Counted from the stretch's first letter, positions 18,539 through 28,625 are shown. The stretch is 38,838 nt of DNA from a virus (IMGVR_UViG_2531839130_000015); one strand, 5' to 3'. Program-made: numbers and translations. The notes: a model not told the origin generated them from the letters alone.

Positions 18539-19288
18539 TCACTGATCTCCTTCGGTCAACGGAGATTGTATTTTCCGCATTGATTCTCCTTTAAGTTCGA
18601 TCTTGATACTGCCATGAACCAGTCGATCTAGGATGGCATCCGCATGTGTGGAGTCTCCGATCATTTTGTACCAGTTTTCCACCGGCAACTGGCTCACTAC
18701 GATGATTGAGCCTCGTTGGTACATCAGATCCACTATTTCCAGCAGGTCGCTACGCTGTTCTGATGAGAGAGGTTCCAGCCCCCAGTCATCCAGAAGCAGC
18801 AGATCGCTATTATTCAGCCTGGTCAAAAGTTTGCTGTATCTTCCATCAGCATGCCCCTGATAGCACTGTTCCATCAGCGCTTTAAGGCGATAATAGTAGA
18901 CCTTGTATCCCTGTCGGCAGGCATTATGACCAAGTGCACATGCCAGGAACGTTTTACCGCTGCCGGTGGCCCCGGTCAGTAAAATATTTTGTTTCAGGGT
19001 TAACCAGTTTCCCTGACTGAGTGAACGGATGAGGGCCCTGTCCAGCCCTCTATTGTTACGATAATCCAGCTTTGATAACTCAGCATTAAGTCTGAACCGT
19101 GCATGTTTGATCAGACGCTCTGCCTTCCTGTTTTCACGGCAGGTTAGTTCTTCTGCTGTCAGTAATGACAGGCGTTCTTCGAAGCCCAGCTCCTGGTATG
19201 TGCCCGGTTGAGCAAGTTGCTTTTTAAGCGCATCACGGAAGCCGGTGAGTTTAAGTGCGGTCAGTTGTTCGTAAAGATGATTCATCAT
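18539..19288 (-). CDS. istB: IS21-family helper ATPase IstB (249 aa)
   Basis: Walker A LLTGATGSGKT and Walker B LLLLDDWG, DnaC-like AAA+ architecture typical of IstB. Confidence 0.85.
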   Translation of the reverse strand: MMNHLYEQLTALKLTGFRDALKKQLAQPGTYQELGFEERLSLLTAEELTCRENRKAERLIKHARFRLNAELSKLDYRNNRGLDRALIRSLSQGNWLTLKQNILLTGATGSGKTFLACALGHNACRQGYKVYYYRLKALMEQCYQGHADGRYSKLLTRLNNSDLLLLDDWGLEPLSSEQRSDLLEIVDLMYQRGSIIVVSQLPVENWYKMIGDSTHADAILDRLVHGSIKIELKGESMRKIQSPLTEGDQ

Positions 19289-19299
19289 TGGATCCCGTA

Positions 19300-20841
19300 T
19301 CAGTGGTAATACTCACTGCCGCGTACGTTTTCGTGTTCCATCGTGGATAACAGATCTGGTTTTGGATCCTGAACAGGTTGTTTATCCAGACCTTTTTCCA
19401 GGATCGATTTAATACCTGACAGACGCCATACCTTTGTTTTCAGAGCTCTTGCACATGCTGCATTAAGTCTGGCTTTACTGTATTTTTTATGAAGGTTCAG
19501 GAGTCCAAGGCAGAAGCGATAGCTTTGTTCCGGATGTGGACGAGAGTTCAGTATATGAAGCACATAACTATGAGTTTCACTGCCTATGTGCCCCGCCCAT
19601 TCCAGAAGACGCTCTGGCGTCCAGGTGGCATGCTGTCGATGAGCTTCAGGCATGTGCTCGTTGCGGGTACTGTAGCCATAAGTACGCTTGCGCGGGTGCA
19701 CAGCAACCTCCTGCCCCTGATTGAAGAGTCTTACCAGTTCTCCGGAGATCCATGCTTCCAGTTGCTGGCCTAACAGCGAACATGGAACCGAGTAGTAATG
19801 TTTGTCGATTTCCACGTGGTAATCGGCATGAACTCTGACTTTCTTCACCAGGGTGTAACTGTAACTGGCTTCAGGAAGAGGCTTCAGTGCGGGTTTATCA
19901 AGCTGGATGAAGAGTTCTGCACGTGAATAACCCAACTTCTGCATTATTTTGTTATTCAGTCTTTCCAGCAACTCCCGAATGCGCTGATTAAGCGATGCAA
20001 GGCTGTAGAAGATCTCATGCCTGATTCGGGCCATGATCCAGCGTTCAACAACCTGAACGCCAACTTCAGCTTTGGCTTTATCTTTCGGTTTACGTGGCCG
20101 CGCAGGCAAAACTGCGACATTATAATGCTCAAGCATCTGCTGGTAGGTAGGGTTAACGTCAGGATCATACTTACATGCCCTGGATGTGGCGCTTTTCAGA
20201 TTGTCCGGAACAACAAGTTCAGGAACGCCACCCAACCACTGGAAGCAGCGAACATGACTCATCACCCAGTCTTCAGGCTGCTGAGACCAGGTGGCCTCTG
20301 CCCATGTGTAACTTGATGCCCCGAGAACAGCTACGATGACCTGAGCAGTTCTTATTTCTCCGGTCTCAGGGTCGGTAACGCCAACGGTAGGTCCACAGTA
20401 ATCAACGAAAAGTTTTTCGCCAGCTTTATGTACCTGACGCATTGATGGTGAAGTGGTTTTGAGCCATTCACGGTACATCCGGCAGTAATGGTTATAGCTG
20501 TAAAAACCGCCTGGATTACGCTCACAGTATTCTTCCCAGAGTAGCTGCAGCGTCACGCATTTATTACGCAGTTCCCGGTGTACTGTAGCCCAGTCAGGCA
20601 GAGAGTGCTTCTTCATCTTAACCTGGGTCTGAAGGAACGCATGTTTTAGTTTTGTATCATCCCATCCTGTAGGTAAGGGCCACTGCTTTATGCCAAGTTG
20701 AGCCGCCCGATTAGCATATCTGGATACAACGGAAGGGGAGATTGCAAGACTACGACCAATTTGTCGATGGCTGAGTCCAACACCGTATTTAAGCCTAAGA
20801 ATTTCTTTAAGTTTTCTCATAGAAATTGGAACTGTTGGCAT
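19300..20841 (-). CDS. istA: IS21-family transposase IstA (513 aa)
   Basis: N-terminal HTH plus integrase-like core, directly upstream of istB in the same orientation; family recognised by recall, specific IS name not assigned. Confidence 0.8.
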   Translation of the reverse strand: MPTVPISMRKLKEILRLKYGVGLSHRQIGRSLAISPSVVSRYANRAAQLGIKQWPLPTGWDDTKLKHAFLQTQVKMKKHSLPDWATVHRELRNKCVTLQLLWEEYCERNPGGFYSYNHYCRMYREWLKTTSPSMRQVHKAGEKLFVDYCGPTVGVTDPETGEIRTAQVIVAVLGASSYTWAEATWSQQPEDWVMSHVRCFQWLGGVPELVVPDNLKSATSRACKYDPDVNPTYQQMLEHYNVAVLPARPRKPKDKAKAEVGVQVVERWIMARIRHEIFYSLASLNQRIRELLERLNNKIMQKLGYSRAELFIQLDKPALKPLPEASYSYTLVKKVRVHADYHVEIDKHYYSVPCSLLGQQLEAWISGELVRLFNQGQEVAVHPRKRTYGYSTRNEHMPEAHRQHATWTPERLLEWAGHIGSETHSYVLHILNSRPHPEQSYRFCLGLLNLHKKYSKARLNAACARALKTKVWRLSGIKSILEKGLDKQPVQDPKPDLLSTMEHENVRGSEYYH

Positions 20842-21353
20842 AGGTATCCTTTACCGGAATGGCAAAAGATACAGATCAACACACCTGTGAAGTTCCAATA
20901 ACATTGATGGAGATCACTGAATAACAAAATGAGTCAAAAGTGATCTCCATCGATGTTATTCAGCGATCTGTTCAAATGTTATTACCCGATCTCGATGGAA
21001 GTTATTGAGTGATCTCCTTTCATGAAAATACGCAAACCTCACTGACCAGCGTGCGCTCGGTCAGCATCAGGCTGATGCTGATATCAAAGCTGCTGTCATT
21101 GTTGATGTCTGCATAAAACGTGAAGCCCTTTTTCTGGCCTTCGTCGGTGGTCATGATGTCGGGCTGATTTTCCCGCAGCCACGCCAGCACCGGCACGATG
21201 AGCAGGTCAAAATCACCGGTAAAGTCGGTCACAATCACATTGAGCGTGTAACGCTTTTCGAACGACAGCGACGTCGCCAGTGTGGAGGCAATACTCCCGT
21301 TATCCACGAATATCCGCAGCATATCGGGGTTAGTTTTCAGCACCGTGACGGCA

Positions 21354-21644
21354 TCAGTCAACGCCCTGCGCAGGCTGTCGGGTTTGAGCATCGTTTTCGT
21401 CCTGACAGTGTTTAATCATTTTTACCTGGCTGGCACAGCGTGCCAGCGCGTTCTCAAGCTGCCTGATATCAGCACTTAAATCGCCGTTCGTCTGCGGGTC
21501 ACTGCCCGGCATCGGGCAAAGACTCACTTTCGGGCAGGCGTTGGCGACAATCACTGGCGTCGGTGCAGGCCGGACGCTGGTGCAACCGGCGCACAGCATC
21601 AGGCAGGTCAGCACCGTACCAGCGGCGAAAATCTTCGTTTTCAT
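21354..21644 (-). CDS. lysC: LysC, outer-membrane lipoprotein spanin (Rz1-like), embedded out of frame in lysB
   Basis: MKTKIFAAGTVLTCLMLCAGCTS lipobox signal; nested in lysB as in P2. Confidence 0.7.
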   Translation of the reverse strand: MKTKIFAAGTVLTCLMLCAGCTSVRPAPTPVIVANACPKVSLCPMPGSDPQTNGDLSADIRQLENALARCASQVKMIKHCQDENDAQTRQPAQGVD

Positions 21645-21924
21645 TGAGTAACCTCGTGATGGTTTTCTCGCGCTGTGCTTCACGCTTCGCGGCGTTTTCC
21701 AGTTCCTGACGCAGTGCAACCTGCGCCAGCTCGTTTTTGTCTGCCCTGGTGATGGCAACATGAAGCTGATTTTTCAGCATGGTGATGGTCGCCTGCTGCC
21801 CGCTGGCGACGTTGTTCGCCCTGTCCAGCGAGGCGCGCAGGCTGGCATTTTTATGTTTCACCAGAAACAGACCGGCCACCGCCAGTGATAACAACACAAC
21901 CAGCACAGTCATCAGCTTTGACAT
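21499..21924 (-). CDS. lysB: LysB, inner-membrane spanin (Rz-like), 141 aa
   Basis: N-terminal TM helix plus coiled-coil; size and synteny as P2 LysB. Confidence 0.85.
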   Translation of the reverse strand: MSKLMTVLVVLLSLAVAGLFLVKHKNASLRASLDRANNVASGQQATITMLKNQLHVAITRADKNELAQVALRQELENAAKREAQREKTITRLLNENEDFRRWYGADLPDAVRRLHQRPACTDASDCRQRLPESESLPDAGQ

Positions 21925-22337
21925 GGTTCCCGCCCCTCAAAACGCTGACGGCAGGCCGTACGTATCAACCGGAAGAACACCGATACCACGAGATAAATCA
22001 GCGCGGTAAAAATCCACCCGGCAGCGACCAGCGAGATAAACGTCGCCACCATCACTACCAGAGCCGCCGCCCGTCTGCGCCACGGCACCGGCTGCAAAAA
22101 CAGCGACGTGACAATCTTCACGGCCAGCGATTCCGGCGGCAGCTCCCGCCCGTAGCGTTCCAGTACATACTCTGTGGCATACACGCCGACACCACCGGCA
22201 ACCACACAGATAACCGTCGCCAGAATCGCCCAGGTGGCGACAAAACTGACGGCCACGCTCTGGGGGTAAATCAGGGACAGTGCCAGCATCAGCGCCAGCG
22301 ACACGTTCAGCATCAGTGAAAGAGATAATTTCTTCAT
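21912..22337 (-). CDS. lysA: LysA, lysis-timing membrane protein (141 aa)
   Basis: Multi-TM hydrophobic protein in the P2 lysA position. Confidence 0.8.
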   Translation of the reverse strand: MKKLSLSLMLNVSLALMLALSLIYPQSVAVSFVATWAILATVICVVAGGVGVYATEYVLERYGRELPPESLAVKIVTSLFLQPVPWRRRAAALVVMVATFISLVAAGWIFTALIYLVVSVFFRLIRTACRQRFEGREPCQS

Positions 22338-22351
22338 GGTGTTTACTCCGT

Positions 22352-22849
22352 TTAAGCCGGTACGCCGCCAGCGGTACGCCAGACGGTGACCAGTTTTTCC
22401 AGTGAATACTCACGCTGACCGTAACCGGCACCCGGCAGGGACGCCCAGATATTGCGACAGCGTGAAATGGCGCGCTCAATGCGTCCCGCCCGGATGTCAT
22501 CCAGTGCACCGCGTTCGCGGATCAACTGAATGGCAAGTCTGTCCTGTGACAACGGACTGAAATCCGGCAGGGCAAGTTGTTTGCGGTAGTGCGGCCAGAA
22601 CAGGTAAAGCTGCTGATAGCGACCGGAGGCCGTGGATTTTTCACCGCGACGGTTAAACACCTTCGCCGGTCGGCCATGTGCGAACGGGTGGTCACTGTAG
22701 TCGGTGAAGATTTCCGGCTTCCCGTCCAGTCCGGTGACTATCACGTCATAGCCCCGGTTTTTCGTCAGCGGATGATTCGCCGTCCCTTCGGACACGGCCA
22801 GCATGTCGAGAAAGGCGGCGATATTCTGATGCGTGTTAATTACTGGCAT
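22352..22849 (-). CDS. K: Endolysin K (165 aa)
   Basis: MPVINTHQNIAAFLDMLAVSEGT... lysozyme-like, size and synteny as P2 gpK. Confidence 0.9.
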   Translation of the reverse strand: MPVINTHQNIAAFLDMLAVSEGTANHPLTKNRGYDVIVTGLDGKPEIFTDYSDHPFAHGRPAKVFNRRGEKSTASGRYQQLYLFWPHYRKQLALPDFSPLSQDRLAIQLIRERGALDDIRAGRIERAISRCRNIWASLPGAGYGQREYSLEKLVTVWRTAGGVPA

Positions 22850-23130
22850 TACGGTTTCCCCCTGCCCTTAAAGCGGCGCTGAATGGCAATCTCAATCACC
22901 TGATAACCGGCGATACCCAGCATGGAGCCGATGCCGCACACCGCAGGCAGTGACAGGTCAGGAAACTGCACCAGAACAACACCGGCAACCATCGAGACAA
23001 AACCACCGAGCAACATGCGCCCGATAAACAGACGCGGGGTGATAGGTTCACCACCGGCAAGCACCTTGCCGACAACAATCAGCACCCCAATCATGAAAAG
23101 CGACAGGACGCTTTTTTCTTCTGCTGTCAT
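22849..23130 (-). CDS. Y: Holin Y (93 aa)
   Basis: Small multi-TM protein directly upstream of the endolysin, as P2 gpY. Confidence 0.85.
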   Translation of the reverse strand: MTAEEKSVLSLFMIGVLIVVGKVLAGGEPITPRLFIGRMLLGGFVSMVAGVVLVQFPDLSLPAVCGIGSMLGIAGYQVIEIAIQRRFKGRGKP

Positions 23131-23133
23131 GCG

Positions 23134-23337
23134 TTACTCCCACAGATTGACAGTTTCAGCCACGGGCGCGGTCTGAACGTCGGGCAGTTCGACGGCGGTG
23201 CCGTGTGGCAGCACCGCGCCCAGTTCAGCCAGTCCCGGATTTGCGGCGAGCACAGCCTCGACCACGCCCTCAGTGCGCCCGTAATACCGGACACAAATGG
23301 CGTCGAGCGTGTCGCCCTGTAGCGCAAAAGCCTTCAT
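23134..23337 (-). CDS. X: Tail protein X (67 aa); track ORF over-extended
   Basis: MKAFALQGDTLDAICVRYYGRTEGVVE matches recalled P2 gpX. Confidence 0.85.
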   Translation of the reverse strand: MKAFALQGDTLDAICVRYYGRTEGVVEAVLAANPGLAELGAVLPHGTAVELPDVQTAPVAETVNLWE

Positions 23338-23843
23338 CAGATTTGACTCACGATGCAGCGCGGCTTGTCCTGGATGCGCGCCACTGCCCAGCGCATATCC
23401 CGCCACAGTTCATCGATGGTGCTGTCAATGCTGTCAGCCTTCTTGTCGCCTTTCGCACTGGCATCCACGCCGCGATAACGCTCATAAAGCGACGCGGTCG
23501 CCATCGCACACACGGCGCGCTCGTAGTAAAAAACTTTGATGCTTTCACCGTCGATGTCGTCCGCCGGGACGTCCGCCAGACGCGTAAAACCGGCAGCAAT
23601 TTTCTGTTCGCGGTACTCGTACAGCTCCGCATTCGTTTCAGCCATGCCTGACTTGATGGCCTCACGCAGACGGGCGGGAGCGACGGTCTGCTCAAGGCGC
23701 ATACGTTCCCGGACGCGCTTCGGGTCGATATCGGGAAAAAAGAACGTGTTTTTAATCACCGGCTCATCGCCTGCCGGTTGCGGGATGACCACCGTACCCT
23801 CACCGGACACGGGAGCCTCCTTTCGCGGAATAATCAGCGTCAT
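23337..23843 (-). CDS. L: Capsid completion protein L (about 169 aa); track ORF over-extended
   Basis: MTLIIPRKEAPVSGEG... matches recalled P2 gpL. Confidence 0.85.
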   Translation of the reverse strand: MTLIIPRKEAPVSGEGTVVIPQPAGDEPVIKNTFFFPDIDPKRVRERMRLEQTVAPARLREAIKSGMAETNAELYEYREQKIAAGFTRLADVPADDIDGESIKVFYYERAVCAMATASLYERYRGVDASAKGDKKADSIDSTIDELWRDMRWAVARIQDKPRCIVSQI

Positions 23844-23945
23844 CATGACTACCTCTGAAAAGTCGGGCGGTGGACGCCGGTACAGTGTCAGGTGATTCAC
23901 CCTTACAGACCGGCGTGCCGCCCTGGCGCGGGGCGCATTCGGTTG

Positions 23946-24689
23946 TTAACTGGCTTTCTTTTTCGGGCGTCCACGTTTTGCCGGTGTCGCACTCCGGGTC
24001 TTACGCGGGGCGCGGGTGGCCGCTTTGGGTTGCGGCTCCGGCTTCGGTTTCAGCTCCCGCTCCAGTCGTTCAATCTCTTTTTTGACGCCTGCCTGACAGT
24101 CGAGCTGTGTCGCACGTTGCAGGTGAGCCAGCGCACCGGCGGCATCACCACCGTCACGCAGAAACAGACCGGTAATTTTGTGCAGCTTTGCGCGCACTTC
24201 ATCAGGCATGTCAGCCGTGGCGGTCAGTTCAAGGGTCTCCGTCAGCAGGCGGGTATCCACAGACTCACCGGCAGCGTGAGCGCGCATGGCCGCAAGCGCT
24301 ACCTCCTCGGTGAACATGTACGGCGGGGTACGGCGGTGTTTACCCGGCATGGTCAGACCGTACTTCAGGGCATAACGGGCAATCTCCAGCGCACCGGCAA
24401 TATCGCCGGTATCCAGACGCCACAGCATGACCGTCATCAGAATGTCATCCTGTGCACCTTTGCCCTGCTCCAGCACGCCGTTCACCCACGGCAACCAGAA
24501 CGGCAGCAGTTCGCGTTTTTTCGCGGCCTTCAGCTCTTTTGAATAAATCGCTTTCAGTGTGCGCTGGTCTGCGGCGAGCTTAACCAGCATCTGCTCATAG
24601 ACAGTTGCATGTCGCAGCGGGGCGGCTTCCCGCTGCGCGGTCATCGCTGCCGAGACCCGCATCATGTGGCGCTGTGCGGGACTCGTCAT
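23946..24689 (-). CDS. M: Terminase endonuclease (small) subunit M (247 aa)
   Basis: Size and synteny with P2 gpM; basic C-terminal tail. Confidence 0.85.
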   Translation of the reverse strand: MTSPAQRHMMRVSAAMTAQREAAPLRHATVYEQMLVKLAADQRTLKAIYSKELKAAKKRELLPFWLPWVNGVLEQGKGAQDDILMTVMLWRLDTGDIAGALEIARYALKYGLTMPGKHRRTPPYMFTEEVALAAMRAHAAGESVDTRLLTETLELTATADMPDEVRAKLHKITGLFLRDGGDAAGALAHLQRATQLDCQAGVKKEIERLERELKPKPEPQPKAATRAPRKTRSATPAKRGRPKKKAS

Positions 24690-24692
24690 CGG

Positions 24693-25766
24693 TTACGCTC
24701 CAGGCTCTGCGGTCGCTTTAGCCAGTGTGGAGAAATCACCGACCTTAATTTTTTCCACCAGACAACCGGCGGCGTAGTCTTCCACCACGTAATCAATGTT
24801 CATTGACTCGTAGTTCTCCACGCGGTCGAGTTTCGGGTTTTCCTCAATCACGCGGCGATGGCTGTCATCCATGTAGTAGATGGACAGGTTTTCCAGCTTT
24901 GTGATGAGCATCGCATCCGCCGGGAAGTACGGGACGCGTACCGCCGGCAGGTTACCGATGCGTTTCTGGCTGATGATGACGTCAGCGGCCAGCATTTCGC
25001 TGTTGTCCTGCTCCTTGTTGACGATGGGAAAATACTTGTCCGCCAGTAGCTGACGTCCCACAACCACCACAAGGTCAGGGTCTTCCTGATACCACGGCTC
25101 AATCAGGTTGTTGGTCGCATCCATCACCAGTGCGTCAAGGCTGGCATAATCACCGCCCTTACCCACGCGGATAACCTCAGAGGTGGTGTGCCCTTCCTCG
25201 TCAGTGACCTTGCTCATCACGCGCGCCGGGGCTTCATTGCGGTATTTCTGCAGCCAGCCGACCGCCACATCCTGCAGCATCGGATTGCTGCTGCGGTCAG
25301 AGGTTTCGGCACGCCTCACGCCGTTAAAACCGGCCATGATTAAATCAAGGGACTGGCGTTTGATAATGGCGTTACGGACACGGAGCTGGAAATCCTGATA
25401 ACGCGCCCACAGGTCCAGCGTTTTGTAGCGGATATAAAAATCGAAGTTAATCTGGTCGCATTCGTACTTGTTTGACGCCAGCTTCGAGAAGTCCTTCGGC
25501 TGACGCTCGGTGCCACCGGCGGTGTCGGTGGTGCTGGCGATGGAGCCGGTGACACCGATGCCAATTTTTTCCCCTTTCATTTCGCTGACCGGCACAATGT
25601 TGATGCGGGTCAGAAAGTCAGAGGACTCCTGCATGGTGTTCATCAGGGTCTGGGTGACCGACGGTTCAACGGTGAATTTTTTCGACACATCACCGGCGTC
25701 GATGCCGTTCAGTTCGGCAACACGGGACAGGTAGGCATTAAATTTAAAGCGGGTTTCCTGGCGCAT
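24693..25766 (-). CDS. N: Major capsid protein N (357 aa)
   Basis: Size and synteny with P2 gpN. Confidence 0.9.
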   Translation of the reverse strand: MRQETRFKFNAYLSRVAELNGIDAGDVSKKFTVEPSVTQTLMNTMQESSDFLTRINIVPVSEMKGEKIGIGVTGSIASTTDTAGGTERQPKDFSKLASNKYECDQINFDFYIRYKTLDLWARYQDFQLRVRNAIIKRQSLDLIMAGFNGVRRAETSDRSSNPMLQDVAVGWLQKYRNEAPARVMSKVTDEEGHTTSEVIRVGKGGDYASLDALVMDATNNLIEPWYQEDPDLVVVVGRQLLADKYFPIVNKEQDNSEMLAADVIISQKRIGNLPAVRVPYFPADAMLITKLENLSIYYMDDSHRRVIEENPKLDRVENYESMNIDYVVEDYAAGCLVEKIKVGDFSTLAKATAEPGA

Positions 25767-25824
25767 AGTTTTTCCTGAAATTAAGGGTTAATCGTGAAGG
25801 TTTTCCCGGACTGACTGACGCCGG

Positions 25825-26679
25825 TCAGCAGTTCGTCATCAGGGCGTCACCGCCACCACCGGTGGCCTTGCTGCGGCGCTGCTGGGTCAGACTTTCGGTG
25901 TGGTCGAGACTGTTTTTCAGGCGGGTGAATGCCTGGCTGGTTTCATCCGCCCTGTCAGTCACATCCTGCTTAAGTGCGGAAAAAGCGGTTTCCATCTCAG
26001 CGAGGCGCTGCTCAGTGGCGCTCAGTTTTTCCTGCACATGTTCAGCAACAGCGGTCACCGCTTCATGCACGTCATTCAGACGGGCGTCATCGCTGGCCTG
26101 TTTGCGGCCAAAAATGGATTTCACCTTTTCGGTCAGGGCGGTGAACACGGTTTCAGGCAGGTCTTCAAATTCCAGCTCAACAGGCGTTGCCACTGAAATC
26201 AGGTTTTCAGGGCTTAATTTGAAGCGGTTCAGGGGGTTGTGTTTTGCCGTGCGGCAGAATTCCAGGTATTCCGTGCCGAGGCTTGCCGGGTCATCGGTGA
26301 CGGCCAGACCCACCAGATAACATTTGCCGGTGTTGGCAAAGTTCGGCTGAATTTCCATTGAGGTGTAGACCTTCTGCGCGGCCTTGTTCATCGCGATAAG
26401 GTCATCGGTCGGGGTGATTTTCGCAAACAGCGCCCATTTGCCTTTCAGCGCCGAATCATCGTCAATCTTTTCGGCCTTCAGTTCGGCCACATCGCCATAA
26501 CGCTTAAAAATACCGTCAGGCAGGATGCCGCGCAGATGTTCCAGGTTAATGCGGCAACCATAGACTCGCGGGTCAAAGGTTTCGGCCATTTCCTGAATAT
26601 CCTGCGCACTGATGACACGCCCGTCACAGGTGTCACCCTCAACGCCGATACGAAAGAATTTTGAGACTTTTTTTGCCAT
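25825..26679 (-). CDS. O: Capsid scaffolding protein O (284 aa); track ORF over-extended
   Basis: MAKKVSKFFRIGVEGDTCDGRVISAQDIQEM matches recalled P2 gpO. Confidence 0.9.
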   Translation of the reverse strand: MAKKVSKFFRIGVEGDTCDGRVISAQDIQEMAETFDPRVYGCRINLEHLRGILPDGIFKRYGDVAELKAEKIDDDSALKGKWALFAKITPTDDLIAMNKAAQKVYTSMEIQPNFANTGKCYLVGLAVTDDPASLGTEYLEFCRTAKHNPLNRFKLSPENLISVATPVELEFEDLPETVFTALTEKVKSIFGRKQASDDARLNDVHEAVTAVAEHVQEKLSATEQRLAEMETAFSALKQDVTDRADETSQAFTRLKNSLDHTESLTQQRRSKATGGGGDALMTNC

Positions 26680-26852
26680 TGTCAGGAGTCCTGAATAGTG
26701 ATTAGAGGAGTCACATGTCGGCATCAGTTTCCCGACGATGCGCATCCTCCGCCATCAGTCCCGGATGGCTTATCACTGACACAACAGCACCTTAGCGAAT
26801 CGCGGGGCGCGACTCAGTAGCCTTGCCGTGTATTCATCACGGCGAGGTATTC
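26680..26852. promoter_or_regulatory. Divergent late promoter region between O and P (Ogr-dependent promoters expected)
   Basis: Inference from P2 organisation only; I looked for a clean TGT-N12-ACA Ogr site by eye and did not find an exact match. Confidence 0.4.
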
Positions 26853-28625
26853 ATGACCATCACCACAGACACCACTCTTTTACACGACCCGCGTCGTCAG
26901 GCGGCGCTGCTGTACTGGCAGGGATTTTCCGTGCCGCAGATTGCCGCCATGTTGCAGATGAAACGCCCGACGGTGCAGAGCTGGAAACAGCGCGACGGCT
27001 GGGACAGCGTTGCCCCCATCAGCCGTGTCGAAATGAGTCTGGAAGCGCGGCTGACCCAGCTCATCATCAAACCGCAGAAAACCGGCGGTGATTTCAAGGA
27101 AATTGACCTGCTCGGACGCCAGATTGAACGACTGGCACGGGTAAACCGCTACAGCCAGACCGGCAACGAGGCAGACCTTAATCCGAACGTCGCTAACCGC
27201 AACAAAGGCGGGCGGCGCAAACCGAAAAAGAATTTTTTCAGTGACGAGGCCATCGAAAAGCTGGAGCAGATTTTCTTTGAGCAGTCTTTCGATTATCAGT
27301 TGCACTGGTATCGCGCCGGGCTTGAGCACCGCATCCGCGATATCCTGAAATCCCGCCAGATTGGCGCGACGTTTTATTTTTCCCGCGAGGCGCTGCTGCG
27401 CGCCCTGAAAACCGGTCATAACCAGATTTTTCTGTCGGCCAGTAAAACGCAGGCGTATGTGTTCCGTGAATACATCATCGCCTTTGCCCGTCTGGTTGAT
27501 GTTGACCTGACCGGTGACCCGATTGTCCTGGGCAATAACGGCGCAAAACTGATTTTTCTCGGCACCAACTCCAACACCGCGCAGAGCCATAACGGCGACC
27601 TGTACGTCGACGAGATTTTCTGGATCCCGAATTTTCAGGTGCTGCGTAAGGTGGCATCAGGTATGGCCTCACAGAGTCACCTGCGATCGACCTATTTCTC
27701 CACCCCGTCCACGCTGGCGCACGACGCCTACCCGTTCTGGTCGGGTGAACTGTTCAACCGGGGACGCGCCAGCGCCGCCGAACGCGTGGAAATCGACGTC
27801 AGTCATAACGCCCTTGCCGGTGGGCTTCTCTGTGCGGACGGCCAGTGGCGGCAGATTGTCACCATTGAGGACGCCCTGAAAGGCGGCTGCACGCTGTTCG
27901 ACATTGAGCAGCTCAAACGCGAAAACAGCGCCGACGATTTTAAAAACCTGTTCATGTGTGAATTTGTTGACGACAAGGCGTCGGTGTTCCCGTTCGAGGA
28001 GCTGCAATGCTGTATGGTCGACACGCTGGAAGAATGGGAAGACTATGCGCCGTTTGCCACCAATCCGTTCGGCTCCCGCCCGGTATGGATTGGTTACGAC
28101 CCGTCACACCGTGGCGACAGCGCCGGATGCGTGGTGCTGGCACCGCCGGTGGTGGCCGGTGGCAAATTCAGAATACTTGAGCGTCACCAGTGGAAAGGCA
28201 TGGACTTTGCCACCCAGGCTGAATCCATCCGCAAACTCACCGAAAAATACAACGTCGAATACATCGGTATTGATGCCACCGGCCTCGGTGTCGGCGTGTT
28301 CCAGCTCGTGCGCTCGTTCTATCCCGCCGCGCGCGACATCCGCTACACGCCGGAAATGAAAACCGCAATGGTGCTCAAGGCAAAAGACGTCATCCGCCGT
28401 GGCTGTCTGGAATATGACGTCAGCGCCACCGACATCACCAGCTCGTTTATGGCTATCCGCAAGACCATGACCAGCAGCGGACGCAGCGCCACCTATGAGG
28501 CCAGCCGCAGCGAGGAAGCCAGCCACGCCGACCTCGCCTGGGCGACCATGCACGCCCTGTTAAATGAGCCACTCACCGCCGGTATCAGCACCCCGCTGAC
28601 ATCCACCATTCTGGAGTTTTACTGA
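26853..28625 (+). CDS. P: Terminase ATPase (large) subunit P (590 aa); track ORF starts 10 codons early
   Basis: MTITTDTTLLHDPRRQAALLYWQGFSVPQIAAMLQ matches recalled P2 gpP. Confidence 0.9.
   Translation: MTITTDTTLLHDPRRQAALLYWQGFSVPQIAAMLQMKRPTVQSWKQRDGWDSVAPISRVEMSLEARLTQLIIKPQKTGGDFKEIDLLGRQIERLARVNRYSQTGNEADLNPNVANRNKGGRRKPKKNFFSDEAIEKLEQIFFEQSFDYQLHWYRAGLEHRIRDILKSRQIGATFYFSREALLRALKTGHNQIFLSASKTQAYVFREYIIAFARLVDVDLTGDPIVLGNNGAKLIFLGTNSNTAQSHNGDLYVDEIFWIPNFQVLRKVASGMASQSHLRSTYFSTPSTLAHDAYPFWSGELFNRGRASAAERVEIDVSHNALAGGLLCADGQWRQIVTIEDALKGGCTLFDIEQLKRENSADDFKNLFMCEFVDDKASVFPFEELQCCMVDTLEEWEDYAPFATNPFGSRPVWIGYDPSHRGDSAGCVVLAPPVVAGGKFRILERHQWKGMDFATQAESIRKLTEKYNVEYIGIDATGLGVGVFQLVRSFYPAARDIRYTPEMKTAMVLKAKDVIRRGCLEYDVSATDITSSFMAIRKTMTSSGRSATYEASRSEEASHADLAWATMHALLNEPLTAGISTPLTSTILEFY

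Larger units (their letters stand above)
18454..21034 (-). mobile_element. IS21-family insertion sequence (about 2.58 kb) with imperfect terminal inverted repeats and 5-bp target-site duplication AACCT
   Basis: Ends TGCGTATTACCGTGAAGGAGATC... and ...GATCTCCTTTCATGAAAATACGCA are inverted repeats; internal repeated GATGGAGATC motifs near both ends; AACCT directly flanks both ends; carries istA and istB. Confidence 0.8.
18338..21391 (-). pseudogene. R: Tail completion gene R split by an IS21-family insertion (N-terminal part about 21035..21391, C-terminal part about 18338..18453)
   Basis: 21020..21391 ORF matches recalled P2 gpR (MLKPDSLRRALTDAVTVLKTNPDMLRIF...) but ends ...LVSEV followed by CVFS-stop read from IS sequence; the same frame resumes on the other side of the IS (DGALHVKNIPEPPPPEPVTRPMELYINGELVSKWDE-stop), restoring about 155 aa. 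Confidence 0.8.

Noticed and set aside
21020-21391. Treating the 123-aa ORF as an intact short variant of R
   Set aside because: Its last four codons (CVFS-stop) are read from the IS terminal repeat and the remainder of R lies beyond the IS; it is a truncated fragment.
26680-26852. Exact Ogr-binding TGT-N12-ACA element for the O/P late promoters
   Set aside because: I could not find an exact match by eye; the promoter region is therefore annotated only by position and with low confidence.
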